Assembly: GCA_001766815.1 (NCBI GenBank)
Contig: LYOS01000003.1
Location: 205,254-237,253, forward strand
Source: Candidatus Syntropharchaeum caldarium
GTDB taxonomy: Archaea; Halobacteriota; Syntropharchaeia; Syntropharchaeales; Syntropharchaeaceae
Direction of reading: 5' to 3'
DNA: 32,000 nucleotides
The translations under genes and the position numbers were made by a program. Below, in pieces: positions 1 through 9,511 of this stretch (within the stretch, counting starts at the first letter, position 1; each line of letters opens with the position of its first letter). Below the pieces are notes generated by a model. That model was not told the origin of the DNA, made no database searches, and saw only the letters and a program-made list of their open reading frames with translations.

Positions 1-842
1 TAAGACTTGATATGGACCTGATTCTCAGTGAGTTCAATCTCATAAAGGATAAACTTAATTCTTCACCAGATGCAAGCAGGATGGTTGCAGAGGCAATAAT
101 GACAACAGACACGCATCCAAAAGAGGTTGCAGTCGAAATAAGGGGGTCAAACGGTTTTGTGATCGGGGGTGTTGCAAAAGGATCAGGGATGATCGCACCC
201 GATATGGCGACAATGCTCGCTTTTATCTATACAGATGCGGCTTTAGACCACAAAACGCTTCAGGATGCACTGAGGGAGGCCGTCAATCATTCGTTTAATA
301 TGACGGTTGTTGATGGGGATATGAGCACAAACGATATGGTGCTTCTTGTATCAACTGGCAGAAGAAGCAATGTGGCTATCACGGAATTTCAGGCTGCCCT
401 GAGTCACGTATGCGAGAGCCTTGCAAAGATGATCGCGGCAGATGGCGAGGGTGCAACAAAGTTGATCGAGGTTATGGTAAGGGGTGCAGTGACCAAAGAG
501 GATGCCACAATGGCTGTTAAAACTATCCTGAGATCCCCACTTGTTAAGACCGCTATATTTGGTGGAGATCCAAACTGGGGCAGGATAGCATCTGCGATAG
601 GCTACTCAGGGGCGTGTGTGCAGGAAGATAAGCTCTCAATTGAGCTTGCAGGTGGTGGGTTGACAGCATCTGTGCTATATCAGGGAAAAGCACGCAATGA
701 GATGGACGTAGCGTCAAGGATCTTTGATGAGAACGAGATCCAGATCCTGGTCGATATTGGACTCGGTGATGAGGAAGCAAAAGGATGGGGCTGTGACCTC
801 TCCTATGAGTATGTACGGATAAATGCTGAATATACAACCTGA
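1..842 (+). CDS. argJ: Ornithine acetyltransferase / N-acetylglutamate synthase ArgJ, C-terminal part (5' end lies outside the window)
   Basis: The frame is open from the window edge (codon phase from nt 3). It has the autoproteolytic ATML site ([14 protein letters not shown]), a GGDPNWGR motif and the family-typical C-terminus [13 protein letters not shown]. Confidence 0.92.
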   Translation, partial: RLDMDLILSEFNLIKDKLNSSPDASRMVAEAIMTTDTHPKEVAVEIRGSNGFVIGGVAKGSGMIAPDMATMLAFIYTDAALDHKTLQDALREAVNHSFNMTVVDGDMSTNDMVLLVSTGRRSNVAITEFQAALSHVCESLAKMIAADGEGATKLIEVMVRGAVTKEDATMAVKTILRSPLVKTAIFGGDPNWGRIASAIGYSGACVQEDKLSIELAGGGLTASVLYQGKARNEMDVASRIFDENEIQILVDIGLGDEEAKGWGCDLSYEYVRINAEYTT

Positions 843-850
843 CGTACGGT

Positions 851-2467
851 TCATGTTGCAACTGCGCTTCCAGCTCTGCTCCTGTTTCGCGTCGCAAGCT
901 TACTCCATGCATCGAGGTTGATCCACTTCATCACTTTTGCAGGATCGGACTGGAAATCATGGATAAGCTTTGTAACTGTGTCAAAGTCTCTGATTCCTTT
1001 ATTAAACATAAATTCGAGCACAATACGTCGCTTATTAAGTTCTTCTTCAAGTTCTGTCCTATCCCAACCTCTTAATTGCATGATGGATGCTGCGACCTCT
1101 GAGTTTCCTGAACGATAGAACTCATCAAGTGCTGGATCCCACCTGAAGACCTCTATCGTCTTGATGTTTCGTGTTGATGTATCGATACCCGTAATCTCTG
1201 TGAGTTTCAGGTTTCTTCTGACGCGCTCCCCATTGACGTGTGTCTGAGCCTGGACTGATATGATATCAAGCGCCTCGAGCATCCCTCTTGGTACGTTGAT
1301 CGGCGGACTTTCAAGCCGTCTTATCGCAGTTTCCACAGAATCGGCATGCATTGTGGAGAATGTTGTATGTCCTGTTGACATTGCCTGAAAGAGTGTGAGT
1401 GCTTCTTCCCCCCTCACCTCTCCCACGAGCAGGTACTCAGGTCGTTGCCTCAGTGCGGACTTGAGGAGCTTGTACATGTCAACATTCTCTCCTGTGCCTG
1501 ATACAGAGACACGTGTAACATCAGGTATCCAGTTGGGGTGAGGTAGTCGAATCTCTCGCGTATCCTCAAGTGTTACAATCTTTGCCCTTAAGGGTATGAA
1601 TAGTGAAATCGCATTTAATGACGTTGTCTTGCCAGAGGCAGTTCCGCCAATAAAGAGCAGACTCTTGGCGTTTTCAACCGCAAGCCAGAGGTATGCCAGC
1701 GTTTCAGGCGAGAAAGTCTTCCAGGCAATGAGATCGATCGGGGTGGTGGGCATCTCGTTGAACTTTCTGATCGTGAATGTGCTCCCATGTTTCGTGATTT
1801 CATCACTGAATGTGAGCTGGATCCTGCTGCCATCTGGCATCGTGGCATGAATCAGCGGATCTCGCTTTGAAATGTGCTTTCCTCCCTTCTGCGTGAATAC
1901 CTGTACAAACTCATCGAGTTCTCGCTTCTCAAAGACCACATTCGTCTCGATGTCACGGTAGCGTTTGTGATATATGTAAATCGGCTTCTCCCATCCATTA
2001 CATGAAATATCCTCGATATAAGCATCTTTCATAAGTGGTGTGAGCTTCCCGAACCTGAGATAGTCCCGTAATATATAATACTCAATCTTGAAGAAGAGGA
2101 TCGGTTCGATCTCAATGATATAGTCTGCAACCACCTCACGTACCAGACGCTTCAGAAGATCCTCCTTTCTGACACCTTTGAGCGATGCTTCAAGAAGTCT
2201 GTGATGTATAATTTCTCTCACGTCTCGAAGCAATATTTTCTCGTAGGATGAAAGCTGTGGTTCTGTCACATGGTAATAATATTCATCATGTTCTTTTCTT
2301 AAAATTGTTGCATGAGAATAGGGTTCTTCAAGCCAGTAGCGATCAACAGTCTCAAAACCATCAAAAACTGGTTCTTCAAAGAGATACCCAAATTCAGATG
2401 GGCTGTACTCTCCAAAATCTATTGATTTCTCTTTCTGGAGCAGCTTTCGCAGCCTACCAAGTCCCAA
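851..2467 (-). CDS. FlaI/ArlI-type (VirB11/GspE superfamily) type IV filament assembly ATPase
   Basis: 538 aa. Walker A is GGTASGKTTSLNAI, Walker B-like is LLVGEVRGEE, followed by a His-box region (TGHTTFSTMHA). The N-terminal domain is typical of archaeal FlaI (YHVTEPQLS...). TTG start at 2467 is preceded by GGGGG 7 nt upstream. Confidence 0.85.
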   Translation of the reverse strand: MGLGRLRKLLQKEKSIDFGEYSPSEFGYLFEEPVFDGFETVDRYWLEEPYSHATILRKEHDEYYYHVTEPQLSSYEKILLRDVREIIHHRLLEASLKGVRKEDLLKRLVREVVADYIIEIEPILFFKIEYYILRDYLRFGKLTPLMKDAYIEDISCNGWEKPIYIYHKRYRDIETNVVFEKRELDEFVQVFTQKGGKHISKRDPLIHATMPDGSRIQLTFSDEITKHGSTFTIRKFNEMPTTPIDLIAWKTFSPETLAYLWLAVENAKSLLFIGGTASGKTTSLNAISLFIPLRAKIVTLEDTREIRLPHPNWIPDVTRVSVSGTGENVDMYKLLKSALRQRPEYLLVGEVRGEEALTLFQAMSTGHTTFSTMHADSVETAIRRLESPPINVPRGMLEALDIISVQAQTHVNGERVRRNLKLTEITGIDTSTRNIKTIEVFRWDPALDEFYRSGNSEVAASIMQLRGWDRTELEEELNKRRIVLEFMFNKGIRDFDTVTKLIHDFQSDPAKVMKWINLDAWSKLATRNRSRAGSAVAT

Positions 2468-2530
2468 CTTATTTCCCCCACAGTCTCAGATTAGCTTCCA
2501 ATAATTCCAACTACTAATTTTTCCGAGGGA

Positions 2531-2540
2531 GTATATAATT
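2531..2540. promoter_or_regulatory. TATA-like box (gtatataatt) in the 135-bp divergent intergenic region between the FlaI-like ATPase and the Mmp12-like gene
   Basis: This is the only strong TATA-like element in 2468-2602. It is near-palindromic, so it could serve either direction. Confidence 0.35.
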
Positions 2541-2602
2541 CCTACCCCCTCTATCACAGGGAGTTAACCTTTTCAACCACAATCACAATGGTGGTGTGAA
2601 AG

Positions 2603-3547
2603 ATGTTCGTTGGTCTTGATCACGGGACGCGTGCGATTCGCTTTGCATCAGAAAGTAGTGTCTTTGAACTCAGGCGAGACCGGGCGAACAGGTTAGGATC
2701 ACAGGAGATCATAGATGAGATTGAGAAGAACCTTGAGATCTCCACAGACGATATAACACTGATGGGGGTCTCCTATTCGATGGGGGATGAGATCACCAAG
2801 ATCATCCCGATCTCAGAGAGTAAAACAAGGGGAGTACAGGCTGGAGATGGTGCAGGGATTCAGATTGGTGGTGGTACAAAGGTATTTGATGCAATTCGTG
2901 CTTCATCCATACCAGCGGTCCTGATCCCTGGTATCCATCGCGGAACTGTCGGAGATCCGAGAATGAACGTCTTCTCACATGGGGCAAGCCCCGAAAAGGT
3001 CGGTGTATGTTATCACATATATCTTGCAGGTCACAAAAGCTTTATCGTCGCTGACGTGAGTTCAAATACAGTTACAGTTGGCGTCGCAGATGGTAAGATT
3101 GTTGGAGCGATTGATGCATGTCTTTTTGCACCTGGAGCGCTTCAGGGACCGCTGGATCTCGAGATGATAAGAAAAGTGGAGAGAGGGGAGTGGAGTGCAA
3201 ACGAAGCCTTCTCAAAGGGCGGGGTTATTTATAAAATGAATGAGATTAAAGGAGTGACACCAAAAGTTGTACTTGCGCTCTTTGTTTCGATGGAGATTGC
3301 TGCAATGGCTGTGCTTCTCAAAGACCATGGATTTGAGTTTGAGGATTTGAATATATTCTTAACCGGTGCGATTGGGGCCGAAACAGTCTTTGGGGAAGAT
3401 GTTGGCAGACTACTATCCTGTGCACCGATTATGCTTGATAAATGGACGGCTGCCAGGGGTTGTCGAGATATTGCCAGAGCGGTCTTTGAAGGAGTGCATG
3501 AGATCATGGGAATTGGCGTGGATCTTTCGGATTCTCTGATTAAATAG
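2603..3547 (+). CDS. ASKHA-fold (actin/sugar-kinase/BadF-like) protein, probable UPF0285 / methanogenesis marker protein 12
   Basis: 314 aa. The N-terminal phosphate-1 motif MFVGLDHGTRAIRFA and the length match my recollection of the UPF0285 family. GGTGGTG RBS lies 6-7 nt before the ATG. The family assignment is not verified by search. Confidence 0.5.
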   Translation: MFVGLDHGTRAIRFASESSVFELRRDRANRLGSQEIIDEIEKNLEISTDDITLMGVSYSMGDEITKIIPISESKTRGVQAGDGAGIQIGGGTKVFDAIRASSIPAVLIPGIHRGTVGDPRMNVFSHGASPEKVGVCYHIYLAGHKSFIVADVSSNTVTVGVADGKIVGAIDACLFAPGALQGPLDLEMIRKVERGEWSANEAFSKGGVIYKMNEIKGVTPKVVLALFVSMEIAAMAVLLKDHGFEFEDLNIFLTGAIGAETVFGEDVGRLLSCAPIMLDKWTAARGCRDIARAVFEGVHEIMGIGVDLSDSLIK

Positions 3548-3553
3548 AAAAGA

Positions 3554-3562
3554 ATATATAAA
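3554..3562 (+). promoter_or_regulatory. TATA box (atatataaa) with purine-rich BRE-like upstream sequence, candidate promoter of the atp operon
   Basis: Good match to the archaeal TTTATATA-type consensus, about 50 nt upstream of the atpH start candidate. Confidence 0.45.
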
Positions 3563-3564
3563 GT

Positions 3565-3588
3565 ATGATGAAAGGAATGATGAAAGGT
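3565..3588 (+). repeat. 12-bp tandem direct repeat (atgatgaaagga / atgatgaaaggt)
   Basis: Read directly: two adjacent units that differ only at the last base. Confidence 0.9.
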
Positions 3589-3610
3589 CACAGGTCGTTG
3601 TGAAATCACG

Positions 3611-3955
3611 TTGATCGATGTTACAGGAGGAGTTTATACGGTTGTAGAGTCACTCAAATTGATAAAAGATGCGGAAGAGAGGGCGCAACAGCGAATTGAA
3701 GATGCAAAAGTTGAAGCCGCTGCGATAGTTGAGAACGCTGGAAAAGAAGCGAAGGAACTTATCGCAAAGGTCGAAAAAGATGCTACAGATGCAGCAAGAT
3801 CAAGGATCGAGGAGAGCATAAATGAAGCAAATGTCGAGGCGAGAGGCATTCTTGAAAATGCAAAAGAAGAGGCTGAGCGGATGAGATCTGATGCTCTCTC
3901 TTTGGTCGAGAAAGCCAGGGAAGCCGCGGTTGCAAGACTTCTGGGGGTGGAATGA
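3611..3955 (+). CDS. atpH: A-type ATP synthase subunit H (peripheral stalk)
   Basis: 114 aa E/A/K-rich coiled-coil protein directly preceding subunit E with an ATGA overlap, with the size and composition typical of AhaH. The start is uncertain: TTG at 3611 has no clear SD, and TTG 3659 is the only other in-frame start candidate. Confidence 0.6.
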   Translation: MIDVTGGVYTVVESLKLIKDAEERAQQRIEDAKVEAAAIVENAGKEAKELIAKVEKDATDAARSRIEESINEANVEARGILENAKEEAERMRSDALSLVEKAREAAVARLLGVE

Positions 3956-4545
3956 TGGGTGCAGACGAGATCATCAAGAAGATCGAGGAGCGCGTAAATG
4001 CCGAGGTCGAGGCGATAATTGCAGAGGCAAACAATAAGCGTAAAGCAATCCTTGAGGAAGCAAATGCTGATGCAGAACGCCGCAGGCAGGCAATACTGGA
4101 AAAGAGTGAGAAGGATGCAATCCTTGAGAAACAGCGAATAATTGCAGATGCAAATCTCAAAGCAAGAAGGCTCAAATGGGAGGTGCAGGAAGAATTGATC
4201 AATCAGGTTCTTGATGCAACAAAGAATGAGGTCAAGAAGATCAGAGACAGTCCGAAGTACAATGACGTTCTCAAAGGACTGATCCATGAAGCTGTTCAGA
4301 GTATTGGGGCTGACAAACTTGAAGTAATCCTTTCTGAAGGCGACACAATCGATCTTGATGCGATCTCAAATGAAATTGGGGTGGAACTCGTCCTCTCAGA
4401 TGAGCGAGTGACCGGGATGGGTGGTGTGGTTGTTCGCACGCTCGACGGAAGAATTGAGGTGGACAATACCTTCGATAAGCGAATGGAACGCTTCTCAGAG
4501 GTTTTAAGAACCGAGATAACCACCACGCTCTTTGGGGGTGCGTAA
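3952..4545 (+). CDS. atpE: A-type ATP synthase subunit E (peripheral stalk)
   Basis: 197 aa with an N-terminal long helix (IIKKIEERVNAEVEAII...) and a C-terminal globular domain carrying GGVVVRTLDGRIEVDNTFDKR, typical of subunit E. Confidence 0.85.
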   Translation: MMGADEIIKKIEERVNAEVEAIIAEANNKRKAILEEANADAERRRQAILEKSEKDAILEKQRIIADANLKARRLKWEVQEELINQVLDATKNEVKKIRDSPKYNDVLKGLIHEAVQSIGADKLEVILSEGDTIDLDAISNEIGVELVLSDERVTGMGGVVVRTLDGRIEVDNTFDKRMERFSEVLRTEITTTLFGGA

Positions 4546-4547
4546 AT

Positions 4548-4865
4548 TTGAATATAACAGTCATCGCAGATCCGGATACCACCACAGGTTTCAGATTGGC
4601 TGGTATAACCCAGACATGGGATGTGATAAACCCAGAGGATGCGTTATCGATCTTTAAAGAGTTGTCTTCAGATGAAGATTGTGGGATTATAATCACCACA
4701 GAACGGATTGCTGATGGGATTCGTGATGGTATTAATGAGATCAACGAGAAGAAGAAAGGGATAACACCGATCATCGTCGAGGTTCCTGATAAAAGAGGAA
4801 CCATGGTACGAGAGGTAGATCCGCTTCGTGAGTTGATCAGGAAGGCTATTGGAGTTGAGATATAA
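4548..4865 (+). CDS. atpF: A-type ATP synthase subunit F (central stalk)
   Basis: 105 aa. The N-terminus [18 protein letters not shown] matches the conserved V.GD.D...GF.LAG pattern. TTG start. The stop overlaps the atpA start (TAATG). Confidence 0.8.
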   Translation: MNITVIADPDTTTGFRLAGITQTWDVINPEDALSIFKELSSDEDCGIIITTERIADGIRDGINEINEKKKGITPIIVEVPDKRGTMVREVDPLRELIRKAIGVEI

Positions 4866-6622
4866 TGAGTGAAAATGGTATTATCTCTAAGATCTCAGGA
4901 CCCCTTGTGATCGCAGATAAGATCAGAGGGTGTGAGATGTACGAGCTGGTCAAGGTCGGCGAGGAAGGGCTGATGGGAGAAACGATCCGACTTGACGGGG
5001 ACCTTGCCTACATTCAGGTGTATGAGGATACAACAGGACTTAAACCCGGTGAACCTGTTATTCGAACCGGTGCTCCTCTATCTGCAACACTTGGACCGGG
5101 GATCATAACAAACTTCTATGATGGTATACAGCGACCGCTTGATGAGATCAGAAAGCGTGCAGGTGACTACATAACCAGGGGTGTTGAGGTACCAGCACTT
5201 GATGAGACGGTGCAGTGGGAGTTTACACCAACGGCTGAAGAAGGCAAGACTCTTGAGGGCGGGGATGTACTTGGAACAGTACCAGAGTCAAAGGTCATCA
5301 CACACAAGATCATGGTGCCACCAGGTATGGGTGGAAAACTCATCAAGATCAATGGCGGTAAAAAGACAATTCTGGACACAATCGCCGTAATCGAGACCGA
5401 TGCTGGTACAGAAGAACTCACGATGGTGCAGAAATGGCCTGTTCGAATTGGAAGACCCTATGCCAAGAAGCTTGATGCTGAGGTACCGCTTCTGACAGGA
5501 CAGCGGATCTATGATACATTCTTCCCGATGGCAAAGGGCGGTGCAGGCGCAATTCCAGGTGGGTTTGGAACTGGAAAGACGGTTTCACAGCATCAGCTTG
5601 CAAAGTGGTCTGATGCACAGGTCGTTGTCTATGTGGGTTGTGGTGAGCGTGGAAACGAGATGACAGAGGTGCTTGATACGTTCCCGGAACTGGATGACCC
5701 CACAACAGGCGAGAAGCTGATGGAGCGATCGGTCCTGATTGCAAACACATCCAACATGCCTGTTGCAGCCCGTGAAGCATCGATCTACACAGGTATTACG
5801 ATTGCTGAGTACTACAGAGATATGGGATACGATGTCTCGATGATGGCCGACTCAACCTCTCGCTGGGCCGAGGCACTTCGTGAGGTCTCAGGCAGGCTTG
5901 AGGAGATGCCAGGTGAGGAAGGTTATCCAGCATACCTTGCAACACGTCTTGCTGACTTCTACGAGCGAACGGGCAGAGTGGAGGTGCTTGGATCAAGGGA
6001 TGAGAAGGGATCAGTATCTGCGGTTGGTGCAGTATCGCCACCAGGTGGTGATCTGTCAGAGCCTGTATCACAGAATACACTCCGTGTTGTGAGCGTATTC
6101 TGGGCGCTTGACTCAACGCTTGCTGATAGGCGGCATTTCCCTGCGATAAACTGGCTCAGAAGTTACACGCTCTATCTGGACACACTTAAACCGTGGTTTG
6201 AAAAGAACGCTCCTCCAGGATTTATGGATCAGCGAAACAAGATGATGTCGATCCTCCAGACAGAGTCAGAGCTTCAGGAGATTGTTCAGCTTGTGGGTGC
6301 GGATGCACTTCCAGAGCGTGAACGAGTGCTTCTCGATGTTGCAAGGATGGTGAGAGAGGATTTCCTGCAGCAGAACGCATATCATGAGGTAGATTCATAT
6401 TGTGCACTCGAAAAACAGTATCTCATGGCAAACGCAATCCTGAAATTCTATGAGAAAGCTGACGAAGCCATTGATGCAGGTGTCGCAATCTCCAAGATCG
6501 AATCAGTTCCGGTAAAGGATGAGATTGCAAGGATGAAATATGTACCACTTGAAGAATTCAAATCGTACCATGAAATGATCTTGAAGCATATGGACGAACA
6601 GTTTGCCAAACTGGAGGCGTAA
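4865..6622 (+). CDS. atpA: A-type ATP synthase catalytic subunit A
   Basis: 585 aa. P-loop GGFGTGKTV, then [16 protein letters not shown] and [27 protein letters not shown]. The normal length argues against an intein. Confidence 0.97.
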   Translation: MSENGIISKISGPLVIADKIRGCEMYELVKVGEEGLMGETIRLDGDLAYIQVYEDTTGLKPGEPVIRTGAPLSATLGPGIITNFYDGIQRPLDEIRKRAGDYITRGVEVPALDETVQWEFTPTAEEGKTLEGGDVLGTVPESKVITHKIMVPPGMGGKLIKINGGKKTILDTIAVIETDAGTEELTMVQKWPVRIGRPYAKKLDAEVPLLTGQRIYDTFFPMAKGGAGAIPGGFGTGKTVSQHQLAKWSDAQVVVYVGCGERGNEMTEVLDTFPELDDPTTGEKLMERSVLIANTSNMPVAAREASIYTGITIAEYYRDMGYDVSMMADSTSRWAEALREVSGRLEEMPGEEGYPAYLATRLADFYERTGRVEVLGSRDEKGSVSAVGAVSPPGGDLSEPVSQNTLRVVSVFWALDSTLADRRHFPAINWLRSYTLYLDTLKPWFEKNAPPGFMDQRNKMMSILQTESELQEIVQLVGADALPERERVLLDVARMVREDFLQQNAYHEVDSYCALEKQYLMANAILKFYEKADEAIDAGVAISKIESVPVKDEIARMKYVPLEEFKSYHEMILKHMDEQFAKLEA

Positions 6623-6624
6623 AA

Positions 6625-8022
6625 ATGGCATCAGCAGATATTACAACTCGTGAATACACGGCTGTCACTGAGGTAGCAGGACCACTCATCGTTGTAGAAG
6701 GCGTTGAGGGTGTTGCATACGGTGAGGTGGTGAATATCAATACCCCATCGGGCGAGACTCGAATGGGGCAGGTTTTAGAGGCAAGAGAAGGTATCGCCGT
6801 CGTTCAGGTCTTCGAAGGGACGCGCGGGATCGATACGGATTTGACGAAGGTCAGATTCACCGGTGATATCCTGCGTATTGGGGTATCCAGAGAGATGGTC
6901 GGCAGGTTCTTTGACGGACTTGGGCGACCGATCGACGGTGCGCCACCGATCATCCCTGAGATGAAACTCGATATAAATGGTGCTGCGATAAATCCGACAT
7001 CAAGGGCGTTTCCGAACGAGTTCATCCAGACGGGAATCTCGACGATCGATGGAATGAATACACTCGTTCGAGGACAGAAGCTTCCAATCTTCTCGGGATC
7101 AGGGCTGCCACATAATGATCTTGCAGCTCAGATCGCACGCCAGGCAAAGGTGCTTGGTTCAGAAGAGCCTTTCTCGGTTATATTTGCAGCAATGGGTATT
7201 ACACATGAGGATGCAGCCTTCTTCATGCATGACTTTGAGCGAACCGGTGCACTTGAGCGAATCGTTGCATTCATGAACCTTGCAGATGACCCGGCCATAG
7301 AGCGGATCATCACACCCCGTATGGCACTTACAACTGCTGAGTATCTCGCGTATGAGTGTGATATGCACATCCTCGTTATCCTGACAGATATGACAAACTA
7401 CTGCGAGGCATTGCGAGAGATCTCAGCCGCTCGTGAAGAAGTTCCTGGAAGGCGTGGCTATCCTGGTTACATGTACACCGATCTCTCAACGATCTATGAA
7501 CGAGCAGGTAGAATCAGAGGTAGAAAGGGATCGATCACACAGATTCCAGTGCTCTCAATGCCTGACGATGACATCACACATCCAATACCCGATCTCACAG
7601 GCTATATCACCGAGGGGCAGTTTGTACAGTCAAGAGCACTCCACAGAAAAGGAATATATCCACCTGTGGACGTCCTGCCATCGCTATCAAGGCTGATGGA
7701 CGAGGGCATCGGTCCTGGGCGAACGCGGGAGGATCACGCGGGTGTTGCAAACCAGCTCTATGCAGCGTATGCTGAGGGCAGAGATATGCGAGATCTGGTT
7801 GCAGTTGTTGGTGAGGAAGCACTCACCGAACGTGATCGAAAGTACCTCGAGTTTGCAGACCGATACGAGCGGGAGTTCGTGACGCAGAGTCCCGATGAAG
7901 ACAGAACAATCTTTCAGACACTTGATCTTGGCTGGGAACTTTTATCGATGCTTCCAGAGGGCGAACTGAAGCGTATCGATGAGCATATCATCAAGAAATA
8001 CCATCCAAAATACAGAGCCTGA
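6625..8022 (+). CDS. atpB: A-type ATP synthase subunit B
   Basis: 465 aa. Degenerate P-loop [19 protein letters not shown], then [39 protein letters not shown] upstream. Confidence 0.97.
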   Translation: MASADITTREYTAVTEVAGPLIVVEGVEGVAYGEVVNINTPSGETRMGQVLEAREGIAVVQVFEGTRGIDTDLTKVRFTGDILRIGVSREMVGRFFDGLGRPIDGAPPIIPEMKLDINGAAINPTSRAFPNEFIQTGISTIDGMNTLVRGQKLPIFSGSGLPHNDLAAQIARQAKVLGSEEPFSVIFAAMGITHEDAAFFMHDFERTGALERIVAFMNLADDPAIERIITPRMALTTAEYLAYECDMHILVILTDMTNYCEALREISAAREEVPGRRGYPGYMYTDLSTIYERAGRIRGRKGSITQIPVLSMPDDDITHPIPDLTGYITEGQFVQSRALHRKGIYPPVDVLPSLSRLMDEGIGPGRTREDHAGVANQLYAAYAEGRDMRDLVAVVGEEALTERDRKYLEFADRYEREFVTQSPDEDRTIFQTLDLGWELLSMLPEGELKRIDEHIIKKYHPKYRA

Positions 8023-8044
8023 GATGGTATCGGCGAGGTAAAAA

Positions 8045-8686
8045 ATGGCAGATATTATCGAAGGTATCAGCCCGACACGGATGGAGCTTCTAAAGCTTTC
8101 AAGACGGGTTACGCTTGCAGAGAAAGGCCACCAGCTCCTCAAAGAGAAGCGGGATGCACTTGTTGCTGAGTTTTTAGATGTTGTGGGTGATGTGCGCAGG
8201 ATGAAGGGTGAGGTTGAGAAGAACCTTGAGGTTGCGTTCAATGATCTTGTGGCAGCTCAGGCGATGATCGGGGTTGATAATGTGCATGGGATCTCGCTCA
8301 CAACGTCTCGCGAGATTTCGGTTGATATCGGGACCCGAAACATCATGGGTGTGAAGGTCCCCCTCATCGAGGCTGAGAGTGTGAAACGAAGTTCTATCGA
8401 GCGAGGTTATACTTTCACAGATACAACCTCTGCTGTTGATACCTGTGCAAAACACTTTGAAGAAGCACTTGATACAATCATAAAGCTTGCAGAGGTTGAG
8501 GAAACCGTCAAGAAGCTTGCAATAGAGGTTGAAAAGACAAAGCGTCGGGTTAATGCACTTGAGTACATCGTAGTGCCAAAACTCGTTGCCACACGGAAGT
8601 ACATCCGAATGCGACTTGAGGAGATGGAGCGAGAGAACTTCTCCAGGCTCAAGAAGATCAAGGCAGCGCTTGAGGCAAAAGGGTGA
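8045..8686 (+). CDS. atpD: A-type ATP synthase subunit D (central stalk)
   Basis: 213 aa. N-terminus SPTRMELLKLSRRVTLAEKGHQLLKEKRDAL and C-terminal helix RRVNALEYIVVPKL are typical of subunit D. GAGGT RBS. Confidence 0.9.
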   Translation: MADIIEGISPTRMELLKLSRRVTLAEKGHQLLKEKRDALVAEFLDVVGDVRRMKGEVEKNLEVAFNDLVAAQAMIGVDNVHGISLTTSREISVDIGTRNIMGVKVPLIEAESVKRSSIERGYTFTDTTSAVDTCAKHFEEALDTIIKLAEVEETVKKLAIEVEKTKRRVNALEYIVVPKLVATRKYIRMRLEEMERENFSRLKKIKAALEAKG

Positions 8687-8692
8687 TAATTT

Positions 8693-9511
8693 GTGGCAGC
8701 AGATCACCAGAAGCAGATGGAAGAGCAGACAAAGGCCATAAATGAACGAATGAATGCGATAAAGCATAAGATCGCAGTTATGAGTGGCAAGGGAGGTGTT
8801 GGTAAATCAACAGTTGCCGTGAACCTTGCAATGGCGCTCGCAAAACAGGGAAAGAATGTCGGTATCCTGGATGCAGACATACACGGTCCAAACATCCCGA
8901 AGATGCTTGGTGCAGAGGATGAGAGGCCTGATATCATCGAGGGGAAGGTTAGACCTGTTCTTGTCCCTCCAGGTATAAAGCTGATGTCGATGGCATTCCT
9001 TCTTGCCTCAAAGGATGATCCGGTGATCTGGCGAGGACCCATCAAGATGGGGGCGATAAGGCAGTTTCTGGCTGATGTTGAGTGGGGTGAACTCGATTAC
9101 CTCATTGTAGATCTTCCACCAGGGACAGGAGACGAACCGCTCAGTATCGCACAGCTTATACCAGATATTGACGGGGCAATAATCGTCACAACCCCACAGG
9201 ATGTGGCTCTTCTTGATGCAAGAAAAGCTGTAACATTTTCAAACACAATCCAGGTGCCGGTCATTGGTATAATTGAAAACATGAGCGGTTTTGTCTGTCC
9301 AAAGTGTGGCGAAAAGATTGAGATCTTCAAGTCTGGTGGCGGAAAGCGTACAGCGCTCGATATGAATATACCATTCCTGGGGAGTATACCACTTGAGGCG
9401 AACGTCGTTGAATCCTCGGATAGTGGCATCCCGGTTGTCCTTGATGCAAACTCCAGCGTTGGGAAGGTGTTTGAAGAGATCACAAAGAGAGTTGAAGAAG
9501 GAGTTAAATGA
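8693..9511 (+). CDS. Mrp/NBP35/ApbC-family Fe-S cluster carrier ATPase
   Basis: Deviant Walker [10 protein letters not shown], Walker [12 protein letters not shown] and the CPKCG cluster-bridging motif. GTG start 6 nt after the atpD stop, with GGGTGA upstream. An internal ATG at 8717 is an alternative start. Confidence 0.9.
   Translation: MAADHQKQMEEQTKAINERMNAIKHKIAVMSGKGGVGKSTVAVNLAMALAKQGKNVGILDADIHGPNIPKMLGAEDERPDIIEGKVRPVLVPPGIKLMSMAFLLASKDDPVIWRGPIKMGAIRQFLADVEWGELDYLIVDLPPGTGDEPLSIAQLIPDIDGAIIVTTPQDVALLDARKAVTFSNTIQVPVIGIIENMSGFVCPKCGEKIEIFKSGGGKRTALDMNIPFLGSIPLEANVVESSDSGIPVVLDANSSVGKVFEEITKRVEEGVK

Noticed and set aside
3634-4287. Long antisense ORFs (217 aa at 3634-4287 and 139 aa at 3783-4202) opposite atpH and atpE
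   Set aside because: These are low-complexity S/A/F/L-rich translations, the mirror image of the E/A/K-rich coiled-coil genes on the + strand. They have no RBS or motifs, and the + strand genes carry clear family signatures.
8174-8767. 197-aa antisense ORF opposite atpD and the mrp start
   Set aside because: It lies fully inside well-supported + strand genes, has Cys/Leu-rich nonsense-like composition, and has no start context.
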